This document shows positions 55,190 to 64,000 of a stretch of 64,000 nt of DNA, in pieces. A program made the translations under genes and the position numbers. Each line of letters opens with the position of its first letter. The first letter of the stretch is position 1. Source of the stretch: an uncultured Candidatus Saccharibacteria bacterium (GTDB lineage Bacteria; Patescibacteriota; Saccharimonadia; Saccharimonadales; JALRHH01); the NCBI GenBank assembly GCA_964559915.1, contig CAZLJP010000002.1, forward strand, positions 66,423-130,422. The letters are read 5' to 3'. The notes beneath the pieces were generated by a model that ran no database searches, was not told where the DNA came from, and saw nothing but the letters and a program-made list of their open reading frames with translations.

Positions 55190-55828
55190 TTACTTGGCTT
55201 TATCGTCTGGATATAGCTGATAGCCTGGTTCCGTGGGGTTGCCATCGCCTTCACCCGGAAGATACAGTGTATCGCCCGCAGCGATACCGCTGTGGTTATT
55301 CATATTGAGACCGCGGTCATTGTTCATCTGAATGATGGCATCGACTGCTTCTTTCGTAGTAACTTTTTGGCTTTCATCTTCTACTGAGGCGTTGATATTC
55401 TGAGCAACTTGCTCACCTGTTTCACTTAAAGTTTCACCTGGCTGTACGGTGCGGAAATCAGGGCTTGGATTTTGTAGGACAGCTGGGACTTCTTCTTTGG
55501 GAGCGTCTTTACCGTGCGTTAAGTTGCCTAACGAACTAATACCCACTACGAATGCGCCTGCGGCCACAGCTATTTTTTGAGCCAGCGAAAGCTTTTCGGG
55601 CTTTGAGTTTGCTTTGTTTATTGCCTCTTGTGAATTACTAGACTCTGCTGGCAAGGCTGCCTGGCTGATGTTTTGGTATTCCGCAGGTTTTGCTTCAGCA
55701 ACCATGTTCAGTGTCTTGTCGGTGTCAGCAACAAACTCGTCTTCTCGACTTTGCTGTAGCTTAGGCTCAATTGGTACGACGTTATTTTGTAAATTTTCTG
55801 GAGTGTTTGGGTTTTGTGTTTCTGACAT
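55190..55828 (-). CDS. Hypothetical membrane-anchored protein with LysM-like C-terminus
   Basis: 212 aa. One TM (IAVAAGAFVVGISSL). The C-terminal segment VQPGETLSETGEQVAQ...GIAAGDTLYLPG resembles LysM. Confidence 0.45.
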   Translation of the reverse strand: MSETQNPNTPENLQNNVVPIEPKLQQSREDEFVADTDKTLNMVAEAKPAEYQNISQAALPAESSNSQEAINKANSKPEKLSLAQKIAVAAGAFVVGISSLGNLTHGKDAPKEEVPAVLQNPSPDFRTVQPGETLSETGEQVAQNINASVEDESQKVTTKEAVDAIIQMNNDRGLNMNNHSGIAAGDTLYLPGEGDGNPTEPGYQLYPDDKAK

Positions 55829-55837
55829 AATATTGAC

Positions 55838-55866
55838 ATTTTAGCAAAACATTAGCTTTTTGTCAA
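55838..55866 (-). promoter_or_regulatory. Consensus sigma70-type promoter (TTGACA-17-TAAAAT), 9 nt from the start codon
   Basis: On the minus strand, TTGACA is at 55866-55861 and TAAAAT at 55843-55838. It is flanked by the 12-bp inverted repeat ATAATATTGACA/TGTCAATATTAT. Confidence 0.6.
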
Positions 55867-55876
55867 TATTATGGTT

Positions 55877-57145
55877 TTATTCGTTTATCTTGGCGATTGT
55901 TGCTGCGAACCATTTGGCACTGGGGCGAACTGTACGCTTGAGGCCGCGTTTGCGGTCGACCGCAATCAAGCCGAACCGTGGCCACCAACCATCTTGCCAT
56001 TCAAAATTATCTAATAAGCTCCAGTGGAAATAGCCACGCAGATCCACGCCTTCACTAATTGCACGCTCCATGGCCACGATTGTTTCCTCAATCCACCAGC
56101 GACGATGCACGTCCGTAGCATCTGCCAGACCGTTCTCGGTAATAAAAATCGGTGTCTTGAAACGGGCCCAGGTCCGGAGCAGCAAAGGATAGATACCTTC
56201 TGGCTCCATATACCAACCCATATCATTGAGTGGCACCTTGGGATTGGCTCGCTTGCCCAAGCCCGTAAAGTAATCGCTAAAGTAATAGTTCAGCCCTATG
56301 AAGTCTTGGTGTTTGCGGATGCGGCGCAGATACCACCAGTTCCAGAAATAGCGCATCCATTGTGTGGTTAGTTCGTCTAGATATTTATGAGGCCTTTTGG
56401 CTTGAATATTGGCAAGCTGCATGGCAACGCCAACTTGTAATGATGGTTTCTTGGCCTTGAGTATGTCATAAGCATACCTATGAGCCCTAACTAAATTCCA
56501 ATACACATTCATAAATGTCAGAGTGCTGCGCTTGCCCGGTGGGTGCTGACCCGTGAGGTAGCTAAAGCTAGCATCAACATTTGGCTCGTTTAATGTAATT
56601 ACATATTCCACATCATCGAGCAGCTCTTCGGATATCTTATCGACAAAACGCATAAAATAGGTCAGGTTTTCTGACTTTTCAAAACCGCCCTTTTCCGCAA
56701 ACCACACCGGCATTGTCCAGTGCCAAATATTAAGGAAAGGTTCGAGCTTGCGTGCACGTAGTTCTTTAATGTATTTCTTGTAATGCGCCACCGCCTGGGC
56801 ATCCCAGACACCTTCTTCCGGCTCAAGTCTGGACCATTCAATAGTAAATCTGAAGGCATTGAGGTTGAGCGATTGAGCTAAGTCAAAATCTTCTTTGTAT
56901 CTGTTAAAATGGTCAACACCTTTGCCTGAAACATAGTTTTCAGGCTCTTCGGCCTGGTCTTTAATCTCTTGCCAATTGGGTAGCCAGCTGAGCCGTTGAT
57001 GCGCCGTCTGCGCAAACTCTTTGGCGTGCTCTAGCTCCCAGACCGTCCACTGATTATACAAATCGCCTTCTACCTGGTGCGCGGCGGTACTGGCGCCCCA
57101 GAAAAAATGCTTGGGGAAATTACGGTCTGGATGTTCTTCGTTCAT
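55877..57145 (-). CDS. GH1-family beta-glucosidase
   Basis: 422 aa. FFWGASTAAHQVEG, acid/base ITLNEPN, nucleophile FITENG. Confidence 0.93.
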   Translation of the reverse strand: MNEEHPDRNFPKHFFWGASTAAHQVEGDLYNQWTVWELEHAKEFAQTAHQRLSWLPNWQEIKDQAEEPENYVSGKGVDHFNRYKEDFDLAQSLNLNAFRFTIEWSRLEPEEGVWDAQAVAHYKKYIKELRARKLEPFLNIWHWTMPVWFAEKGGFEKSENLTYFMRFVDKISEELLDDVEYVITLNEPNVDASFSYLTGQHPPGKRSTLTFMNVYWNLVRAHRYAYDILKAKKPSLQVGVAMQLANIQAKRPHKYLDELTTQWMRYFWNWWYLRRIRKHQDFIGLNYYFSDYFTGLGKRANPKVPLNDMGWYMEPEGIYPLLLRTWARFKTPIFITENGLADATDVHRRWWIEETIVAMERAISEGVDLRGYFHWSLLDNFEWQDGWWPRFGLIAVDRKRGLKRTVRPSAKWFAATIAKINE

Positions 57146-57165
57146 AGCTTATGTTTATTATAACG

Positions 57166-57297
57166 TAGGAACGGAGCTAAAGAGAAGTTTACTTATCTTT
57201 AGCGAGTACCGCCCGTTTCAGTGATACGAAGTATCACTATAACCCAGGAGCGGAGATAAGAAGAAGCTTGCTTATTCTTATCGGGCACCACCGGTTT
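57166..57297. repeat. Two tandem ~52-nt hairpin units with compensatory stem changes, plus a third hairpin between them
   Basis: Hairpin 1 is GCTAAAGA (57176-83) with TCTTTAGC (57196-203). Hairpin 2 is AGTGATAC (57220-27) with GTATCACT (57231-38). Hairpin 3 is GATAAGAA (57255-62) with TTCTTATC (57275-82). Units 1 and 3 align along their flanks and loops. Confidence 0.8.
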
Positions 57298-57889
57298 ATA
57301 CGCTATGCTGGTTGTCTTGGGCCTTTTGGCGAACCTTTTCGTCTAGATGCTCAATGAGTTCGAGCGTATCAAACATTTCGTCGCAATCATACGGTGTCAT
57401 CATATCGTCATCCATGTTGCCTGCCGTCAGAATATCCGGACGAAGAATCGTGGCATAGTATGGAAATAATGGGTCATTTGTCTCTTCAATGAAGTATTTT
57501 GTAGCCAATGTATGAAGCTGAGTATTCTTGTGCTCAACAAGTGTTTCGATTAAGAGAGAGTATTCTTGTCTAAGTGCTCCCTTGCCAAGATACCGTACGT
57601 GGTTAACGCTGAATCGAATCGTGTCGCCCAGCTCCCCGCTATACTCATCATCTTGCATCTGATACTCTTGCCTAAACATATGCCTGACGGCTTGCCCACC
57701 TCCCAAGTCTTCTTGGGAGGTGTTTGGTGCATTTTCTGGAGCATGAATAATATCATCAATTATTTCAATGAGTACGGACACACCGCCCTCAGCGCTCTGC
57801 ATCTCTTTAGTATTATATTCTTCAAGATGGTCATGGTCATGATACTCTGGAACGCCCATCCCCAACCCTAGGAAAGCTTCGTGTTGCAT
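57296..57889 (-). CDS. Hypothetical acidic protein
   Basis: 197 aa, Asp/Glu/His-rich, with no family recognised. Confidence 0.45.
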   Translation of the reverse strand: MQHEAFLGLGMGVPEYHDHDHLEEYNTKEMQSAEGGVSVLIEIIDDIIHAPENAPNTSQEDLGGGQAVRHMFRQEYQMQDDEYSGELGDTIRFSVNHVRYLGKGALRQEYSLLIETLVEHKNTQLHTLATKYFIEETNDPLFPYYATILRPDILTAGNMDDDMMTPYDCDEMFDTLELIEHLDEKVRQKAQDNQHSV

Positions 57890-57916
57890 AATAATCTACC
57901 TACATTAATTTTGAAA

Positions 57917-58342
57917 TTAGATACCAAACAGGCCAATGACCAACGCCATAGCCAGAATAGTTACCAGTTCGTGGCTGACAGTTATGAGAGTCAGCTTCTT
58001 GCGGCGATTCTCAAAGGCATCGTGCACATAGATACGGGCTGCCGTGAGGCCAAGCCACAACCAGAAGCCGGTTATCAGTGCGGTCTGCAGATAGGTGTAG
58101 TCAAAAAATACATAAGATAGGTATGTTACGTGAGCCAGTACGTAGGCCGTAACCAACGAGGCCACGAAAGTGCTGCTCAATAACCAAATCATCTCGCCCG
58201 GCTTGGGCTTGCGAGACATGTCTATTTTTGCCAGTTTGGCCCATGGGCTACCAAACACTTTTTGCGAATACCAGATACTGCCCACCACCATACTTGCAGC
58301 CGCTGCCAATAGGACTGCTAGATAATTAACACTTACGTCCAT
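57917..58342 (-). CDS. DUF1761-like membrane protein
   Basis: 141 aa with four TMs. The N-terminus MDVSVNYLAVLLAAAASMVVGSIWYSQKVFGSPW matches the DUF1761 pattern as I recall it. Confidence 0.6.
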   Translation of the reverse strand: MDVSVNYLAVLLAAAASMVVGSIWYSQKVFGSPWAKLAKIDMSRKPKPGEMIWLLSSTFVASLVTAYVLAHVTYLSYVFFDYTYLQTALITGFWLWLGLTAARIYVHDAFENRRKKLTLITVSHELVTILAMALVIGLFGI

Positions 58343-58462
58343 ATTTGTATCTCCTTATTGCTATGCGGCTGATTATGCTCTTGCTATATATAAAAATCAA
58401 TCCATCACAGCTAGCTCTCAGCAAACCACCCTACACTGTCTTTATACATAAGGAGATTCACA

Positions 58463-58732
58463 GTGGACTTTGCACAAATGATACGACAATACGGCCGGCC
58501 AATAGTAGAAAATACCGACCGACGACATGATGAATGGCTCCACGCAATTCTTACGCTACTGATTGTCCTGATAGTAGCTGGCGTGGTGGTATATCTCATT
58601 AAATCTGTTAGCCAGACTAAAAATACTCAGCTGGCTGAAAATCGTGACCCGTTCGATTATGCCAAGGAGCGTTTTGCTAAAGGCGAGATTAGCAAAGCCG
58701 AACTAGCCGACATCAAAAAAGAGCTTAAATAG
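58463..58732 (+). CDS. SHOCT-domain membrane protein
   Basis: GTG start 7 nt after AAGGAG. One TM. C-terminal AKERFAKGEISKAELADIKKEL is a SHOCT motif. Confidence 0.7.
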   Translation: MDFAQMIRQYGRPIVENTDRRHDEWLHAILTLLIVLIVAGVVVYLIKSVSQTKNTQLAENRDPFDYAKERFAKGEISKAELADIKKELK

Positions 58733-58787
58733 CTTTTCACGTTTCCTCTTTTGGTTAGACCTACGGTTGGTGGGATAATCGTGGGAT

Positions 58788-59381
58788 ATGCATACTCATG
58801 ATGGAGACACAGACCCAGGCTTACTACGGCGTATTCGCGGTATTTCCTGGGCGAATGGTTTTATTGGTGCAGCCGAAGTTACAGCCGGTATATTTACCAA
58901 TAGTTCCACCCTAACTATAGCTGGTGTACACGATGCGTCAGACAGCGTCTTGTACAAACTCAAACACAAAGCTGCTTGCGAACAGAATCCTGAACGCAAG
59001 CAACGCTTGCGCAAGTATGGTGCCATGTCACTGATTGGTGCGGCTGTGGTAATTGGCGGCTATGAAATAACTCAAGACTTAACTGACCCACATCATCAGC
59101 CAGAAATGGCTGCGATTGGGATTGCCATTGCCGCAGCTGCCGCTAATATTACTGCAGCCGGTATTATGCACAGCAAACGCCATGACCACGATGCGCAGGA
59201 TAGTTGGAAGCACGTAGCTGGTGTGGACCTGCCTGGGGCATTTATAACCTTAGCCGTCACACCCCTTTCCGTTAAATACCCAGAGCTGGATATCGTAGGC
59301 ACAGCCGCCCACATGGGCTTAGCGATAGCTGTTGGTAGTAACACCCTTCGTGGTATCAACGGCGAATTAGCTACTGATTAA
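58788..59381 (+). CDS. Membrane protein, cation-diffusion-facilitator TMD-like (tentative)
   Basis: 197 aa with five to six TMs. AAEVTAGIFTNSSTLTIAGVHDASDSV resembles the CDF TM1-TM2 region. No cytoplasmic C-terminal domain. Confidence 0.4.
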   Translation: MHTHDGDTDPGLLRRIRGISWANGFIGAAEVTAGIFTNSSTLTIAGVHDASDSVLYKLKHKAACEQNPERKQRLRKYGAMSLIGAAVVIGGYEITQDLTDPHHQPEMAAIGIAIAAAAANITAAGIMHSKRHDHDAQDSWKHVAGVDLPGAFITLAVTPLSVKYPELDIVGTAAHMGLAIAVGSNTLRGINGELATD

Positions 59382-60669
59382 TTAAATCTTCAGTTTTAAT
59401 GCGTTCTTGTTTGGTGGTGTCACGGTGTCGGATGGTTACAGTACCATCTTCGAGAGTGTCGAAGTCTATTACTACGCAGTATGGGGTGCCTATTTCGTCT
59501 TGGCGACGGTAGCGCTTGCCGATATTACCGTTGTCGTCCCACATAACAGCACCATGTTTTTGCTTGAGAGCTTTGTATACTTCCTGAGCCTTCTCAACTA
59601 GTTCTGGCTTGTTCTTAAGCAGTGGTGATACGGCGTATTTAACTGGCGCGAGGTGTTCTGGAAGTTTTAGATATACTCGTTTCTCACCATTAACTTCGTC
59701 TTCTGTATAGGCAGCTGTAAGTACAGCCATAATGGCACGCTCTAAACCAAAGCTTGGCTCAATAACGTGTGGTACAAATGGTGTACTGCCGTCTTTTGGA
59801 CGGTACTCCATGCTTTTACCAGAATCACGCTGGATATTACCTAGGTCAAAATCAGTGCGATATGCCAGGCCAAGTAGTTCTTCGCGGCCAATTGGGAAAT
59901 CAAATTCAAAGTCGATAGTACGTTTGCTGTAGTGGGCGCGGTCGCTTTCTGGAACCTCCAGCTCATGCACTGAGCTCTTTGGTAGCCCTAACGCCTCGCA
60001 CCACTCGTGTACCAGCTTAATCCACTTTTCAAATTCCGCTTCCCAATTATCGGGATGCACAAAGTATTCAATCTCCATTTGTTCGAACTCGCGGCTGCGA
60101 AACACAAAATCACGCGGACTAATCTCATTACGGAATGCCTTGCCCTGCTGACCAATACCAAACGGCAAATCAGGATAGAACGTATCAACAACATTTTTGA
60201 AATTAGTAAAAATGCCCTGGGCTGTTTCGGGCCGCAGATAGCTAATACTTGCTTCATCATCAACGGGGCCAACATTGGTCTTGAACATCATGTTGAATGC
60301 ACGGGCTTGGCCAAAGGAATCTTTTTGACCGCAAGTTGGGCATTTGTTTGGGTCGTCTAGTTTATCCGCACGGAAGCGGCCCTTGCAATTGCTACATTCA
60401 ACCAATGGGTCAGTAAATGTATCAACGTGGCCGCTGGCCTGCCAGACTTTTTGGTTCATCAAAATTGCTGCATCAACACCGTACATGTCGTCACGGTCTT
60501 CCACAAACATCTTCCACCACAACGACATCACATTGCGCTTGAGTGCCACGCCAAGTGGGCCGTAATCCCACGTACCGCTTAAACCACCATAGACTTCACT
60601 GCCCTGAAATATAAATCCACGGCGCTTACACAAACTAACTATGTCTTCTAGTGAAGTATCTTTGCTCAT
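59371..60669 (-). CDS. glyQS: Glycine--tRNA ligase (dimeric class II type)
   Basis: 432 aa. IVSLCKRRGFIFQGSEVYGGLSGTWDYGPLGVALKRNV, FRNEISPR and GLERAIMAVL. Confidence 0.93.
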   Translation of the reverse strand: MSKDTSLEDIVSLCKRRGFIFQGSEVYGGLSGTWDYGPLGVALKRNVMSLWWKMFVEDRDDMYGVDAAILMNQKVWQASGHVDTFTDPLVECSNCKGRFRADKLDDPNKCPTCGQKDSFGQARAFNMMFKTNVGPVDDEASISYLRPETAQGIFTNFKNVVDTFYPDLPFGIGQQGKAFRNEISPRDFVFRSREFEQMEIEYFVHPDNWEAEFEKWIKLVHEWCEALGLPKSSVHELEVPESDRAHYSKRTIDFEFDFPIGREELLGLAYRTDFDLGNIQRDSGKSMEYRPKDGSTPFVPHVIEPSFGLERAIMAVLTAAYTEDEVNGEKRVYLKLPEHLAPVKYAVSPLLKNKPELVEKAQEVYKALKQKHGAVMWDDNGNIGKRYRRQDEIGTPYCVVIDFDTLEDGTVTIRHRDTTKQERIKTEDLINQ

Positions 60670-60705
60670 CTTATGTCCAAGTATACCGAAGACCGATGTA
60701 AAACG

Positions 60706-61254
60706 CTATGCCTCAGGTAACCCTGGCAGCGCATTAATGTCTGATAGTACTGACACCTGAAGCTCGTGCAGCTCACGACGACGAGCAAGGCCCTGGAGCC
60801 CCAAAATTGCGCCACCAATCAGCATACTTTGCCCAGCTAATTCATAGCGCTGGTGGACCAGCTCTTCATCCCGATCTTGGTACCAATACTCGTTAGCCAT
60901 AAATAATGACTTGCTGGGCACAAAATACGCAGACTTAATTTCACCACGTGCATCAATATCCGTAGTAATAGTAAACGAGCGCACAAACGGCTCACAATCC
61001 TGGCTAATATCGTCGTAACTCATGACTTTTGGCGCTTCATCGTCCAGAAGTTTTGCGCAAGTCGTCACCTCTTGGTTGTGCTGTAGTGTTTCAGACTGGT
61101 GCGGCAGCAACGCAGACATTCCAATAAGATAGCCTGCCAACATCGTCGCTTTGGCTATTCTGGCCTGCACCTTCTCGCTGCGCAGCGTATAAAAAGCTGC
61201 GTCCAGCTTATCAATTACAATGTCTTTCCAATCTCTATATTCCGAGTAATCCAT
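60706..61254 (-). CDS. Hypothetical membrane protein
   Basis: 182 aa with two hydrophobic segments. No family recognised. Confidence 0.45.
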   Translation of the reverse strand: MDYSEYRDWKDIVIDKLDAAFYTLRSEKVQARIAKATMLAGYLIGMSALLPHQSETLQHNQEVTTCAKLLDDEAPKVMSYDDISQDCEPFVRSFTITTDIDARGEIKSAYFVPSKSLFMANEYWYQDRDEELVHQRYELAGQSMLIGGAILGLQGLARRRELHELQVSVLSDINALPGLPEA

Positions 61255-61315
61255 AGCACACCATTGTATCCCTAGAAGTAATGTTGCAGTATTATGCTGA
61301 TTCTAAGCTGGGGTG

Positions 61316-62011
61316 TCAACTGTTCGTATAGCGTTTGGCGCAACTTCTCAGTAGTGGCAACAGTGCTGAGGCATACTCACTACTACCCTGGACCCTTGCC
61401 AGCACACCGGCCGTGCTTGCGGTCTGCGCCAGGCGTAGCAAGCGAATATGATTAGCTTTGTAGGTTCCATTTGAACGTAGCGCAAAAGTCATAGCTTCGC
61501 TATCAAATGAATAGACAGCATCGGCGGCCAGTGGTGTGCCGTCTATGTCGGTTTCAGTATTTGGTGTGTGGCCCGAAACAACTAATAGTTGCACTAGAAA
61601 CCATAGCTCTGTCAGGCTACTGTCTATGCTCATATCGTTAAGGCTTATAAGTGTGGCATGTAGTAGCTCGAAGTATTCAGCATCAGCCGCATCCTCAACA
61701 AATCGATTCAAGTGCCTGATGCACTCATAGCCCATCATCGTGCGCTGAATATCAGTAGCGATATCACCATAATGCGTGTCGAGTCTACTGCTAATAAGTG
61801 TGCCCAAATCCGCCCGGCCCGGCAGGATATTGAGCGTACTGACACTAAATAGTTCTATGCCTGCCGCTAGTTTTGACTTGGGCCTACGCACACCCTTGGC
61901 CACAAAGCTCAGTTTGCCATGGTCAGGAGTAAGTACGCTCACAATCCGGTCTGCCTCACCAAAATCACGTCGTGACAAGACGATTGCTTCGGTTACAATT
62001 GCCGTTTTCAT
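61316..62011 (-). CDS. recO: DNA repair protein RecO
   Basis: 231 aa. MKTAIVTEAIVLSRRDFGEADRIVSVLTPDHGKLSFVAKGVRRPKSKLAAGIELFS (OB-fold N-terminus). Confidence 0.88.
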   Translation of the reverse strand: MKTAIVTEAIVLSRRDFGEADRIVSVLTPDHGKLSFVAKGVRRPKSKLAAGIELFSVSTLNILPGRADLGTLISSRLDTHYGDIATDIQRTMMGYECIRHLNRFVEDAADAEYFELLHATLISLNDMSIDSSLTELWFLVQLLVVSGHTPNTETDIDGTPLAADAVYSFDSEAMTFALRSNGTYKANHIRLLRLAQTASTAGVLARVQGSSEYASALLPLLRSCAKRYTNS

Positions 62012-62379
62012 AAGGTATTCTCTACTACTTGTATCAATTTCTTTAGATTCGTTTCTGGTTTGTACAGACAGGCACTAATGCCAAGCTGCCGCGAAACCGC
62101 GGTTGATAATTTGAGTGAGCTGGGCGGAACCATGCTAAGCAACACAACCGGAACATTCTGCCACTCTGAATATGACCTAAATTCATACAGAAATTCCACG
62201 CCATTGTGACCTGCTAGTTGCACCTCAAGCAACACAAGCTCGGGGTGGTTTTTGTCGGCAACATGAATTGCATCTTGGGCATGAAGTACATGCCACACCT
62301 GGTGGCCAGCGTCGCTCAACGCAGCGATATAAATATCTGCCAAATATTGGTCTGGCTCAATCAATAATATCGCCGCCAT
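62008..62379 (-). CDS. Atypical receiver-domain protein (Glu at the phospho-acceptor position)
   Basis: 123 aa. beta1 reads ILLIEPD and beta3 reads ELVLLEVQLAGHNG where D is expected. beta4 reads VVLLSM and beta5 reads LYKPE. ATGA overlap with recO. Confidence 0.7.
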   Translation of the reverse strand: MAAILLIEPDQYLADIYIAALSDAGHQVWHVLHAQDAIHVADKNHPELVLLEVQLAGHNGVEFLYEFRSYSEWQNVPVVLLSMVPPSSLKLSTAVSRQLGISACLYKPETNLKKLIQVVENTL

Positions 62380-62380
62380 G

Positions 62381-63088
62381 TTATACCAGGACTAACTGCT
62401 GGCTCGGAAGCAACGTGGCGGCCAAGCCGGCTTGATTACGGTGACGCGATGGATGTAGTGGCGCGGCCATATGGCCTAATATGGCATCAGCTACAAAAAT
62501 ACCCGCTCCTGCTGCTGGCGATAAACCAGGTAAGCTTTGCCGAGCAGTACCTAATAAGGCTTTACCCCGACGATAACTATCGGCCGTTAGTCCAGCCTGC
62601 TCACTAAAAATACCAGCCACTAACCCGTTCGAGGTACGATGTGCACCAAGTACTACTGTATGTTGCTGGCCCGCACTCGGAGCTGCCTCGATAAAGGCGT
62701 GCCCTAGTGTCTTGAAAGCCGCTTCAATTCCCTGTCGATGAGCCATAACCGGCCCGTATTTACCACCTAAATTAACTTCTAGCTGACAGTTGTATCGCTG
62801 AGCCAAGCCGTTGAGCTGATGTGCCGTCTCTTGCAGCATTGCACTTACGGATACCGGCTCAAGCTCAAGTGTTGGCTGTGCTTGCAGCTGCACGCTCAGC
62901 AAGTAACTATCCACCAAGCTCAGTGCCATATCGGCCGTGTATCCAATGGACTGCAGCGCAGCAATATCTTGTCTTTGGGCTGCTAATTCTGCTTCCCTGG
63001 CAATATGTAACAGGGGTAGCTTGAGCTGTTCGGCAAGCGCTCTTAATAAACGCTCACCCGCCCCGTCATCAAAAGCCACAGTTCCCAA
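62381..63088 (-). CDS. Degenerate histidine-kinase-like protein
   Basis: 235 aa. The H-box-like segment ALAEQLKLPLLHIA has Glu at the canonical His position. The N-box-like TLGHAFIEAA and G-box-like AAGAGIFVADAIL are degenerate. It ends 1 nt before the receiver gene. Confidence 0.5.
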   Translation of the reverse strand: MGTVAFDDGAGERLLRALAEQLKLPLLHIAREAELAAQRQDIAALQSIGYTADMALSLVDSYLLSVQLQAQPTLELEPVSVSAMLQETAHQLNGLAQRYNCQLEVNLGGKYGPVMAHRQGIEAAFKTLGHAFIEAAPSAGQQHTVVLGAHRTSNGLVAGIFSEQAGLTADSYRRGKALLGTARQSLPGLSPAAGAGIFVADAILGHMAAPLHPSRHRNQAGLAATLLPSQQLVLV

Positions 63089-63152
63089 ACGTAAAACCCT
63101 CTCGTTGTTCTGGCCTCAGTATACGCCAAGCAGTATAGATTTTCGACAGCTT

Positions 63153-63881
63153 TTAGGGGGTAAACGTCAGATTAGCCAGGACTATAGTGTCAAAGTCACT
63201 CAGGAATTGAGCCGACTCAGTTGAAATCTCAATCGTCTTATCTCGTAGTGGGAACAAAACCATACTATCTTGTTGCCCGGCGTTGATTTCACCGTCGATT
63301 CGCACACCAACAATATCATCGCCCATCTTGGGTAAGCTGTACGGCGATATGGTAACCTTGCCCGCGCTTGCCTTGGACTCGTACTGTTTTACTTCTTGGT
63401 CATAGGACTTTGATACCACTCTTACTCGTAGCGCAAAATCCGTTCCAGATTGCAGCCCCGGCACAAAGCCCGGATGCATGTATGCATCAAGTATCGTGCC
63501 ACTGGTTGTTGCTTCGTTAATGAATGCGCTCCATGTTTTGGGGAATATAACTGATAAGTTACCGGCTGACTGGCTTGCCCGGTATTCACGAAGTGGATTC
63601 TTTTCCTTTTCTGCAAATTCTTTGTCTTTGGTAGTTGCAGTAGTTTGCTGAGCCACCTTAACTGCAGCAGATACCTTGGTCTTAACATTTTGTTTATAGT
63701 CCAGTTGCGTCAGGTACGCCCAGATTGCAAAAGTTAATATGGCCACCAGTAAAACCAACGATATAATCAGGGCCAATAACAAGCCGTTTGATTTCTTTTT
63801 GGGTTGGCCAACGGGTAACCCTGCATACATTGGTTGTGGTGGTATCCCACCGTATTGCGGCTGAAATGGCTGTTGTTCCAT
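63153..63881 (-). CDS. Hypothetical membrane-anchored protein
   Basis: 242 aa. Pro/Gln-rich N-terminus, one TM (LLLALIISLVLLVAILTFAIWAYL) and an extracytoplasmic domain. Confidence 0.45.
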   Translation of the reverse strand: MEQQPFQPQYGGIPPQPMYAGLPVGQPKKKSNGLLLALIISLVLLVAILTFAIWAYLTQLDYKQNVKTKVSAAVKVAQQTTATTKDKEFAEKEKNPLREYRASQSAGNLSVIFPKTWSAFINEATTSGTILDAYMHPGFVPGLQSGTDFALRVRVVSKSYDQEVKQYESKASAGKVTISPYSLPKMGDDIVGVRIDGEINAGQQDSMVLFPLRDKTIEISTESAQFLSDFDTIVLANLTFTP

Positions 63882-64000
63882 ATCGCTTATGGTAACCGAT
63901 AGCTATGCTGACCGCAAGAGCTGAGGCAGCTATTTATAGCTATAGAGGTAGACTCCGTCTTGTTGCTTCGTGAGTTTACGATTGGGCACGGGGAATGCAT

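Noticed and set aside
63983-64000. GCACGGGGAAT at the window edge resembling the tRNA-Glu T-arm region and the 16-nt repeat.
   Set aside because: Only 11 nt match. The following bases (GCAT) do not fit a T-loop, and the sequence is cut by the window end.

Overview
The window is a gene-dense (about 90% coding) stretch of a small bacterial chromosome. The gene content resembles a reduced-genome Patescibacteria/CPR organism, plausibly Saccharibacteria. That placement is inference and cannot be confirmed without a database search. The recognisable core includes a compact dcw cell-division cluster on the minus strand (mraZ-rsmH-ftsL-ftsI-mraY-ftsW-murG-ftsQ). It also includes gltX, glyQS, topA, der, pth, dprA, recO, pyrH, xth, rlmH and lepB, two MacB-type ABC transporters and several two-component systems. 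Further genes encode a sortase, a DUF3048 protein, a GH1 glycosidase, a T4CP-like ATPase and a umuD-like/umuC pair. There are three tRNAs: Ser-GGA, Leu-CAA and Glu-CTC. I saw no rRNA, no CRISPR array and no transposase or integrase. The observations most worth follow-up are listed here.
1. Four small orphan genes have strongly G/C-ending codons and sit behind near-consensus sigma70 promoters; three small genes (two of them G/C-ending) are clustered at 36.4-37.7 kb.
2. A promoter-to-terminator unit of about 320 nt with no credible ORF lies at 40.1-40.4 kb.
3. A structured 230-bp element bounded by a 14-bp inverted repeat sits exactly between ftsL and ftsI.
4. Two tandem hairpin motifs at 57.2 kb differ by three compensatory stem substitutions.
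5. The UmuD-like protein lacks the Ser/Lys dyad, and an extra translationally coupled ORF is wedged between it and umuC.
6. A degenerate kinase/receiver pair is coupled to recO.
7. An ImmA-like peptidase module sits next to tRNA-Ser, and a duplicated tRNA-Glu 3' end lies near tRNA-Glu.
All family calls rest on motifs read by eye.
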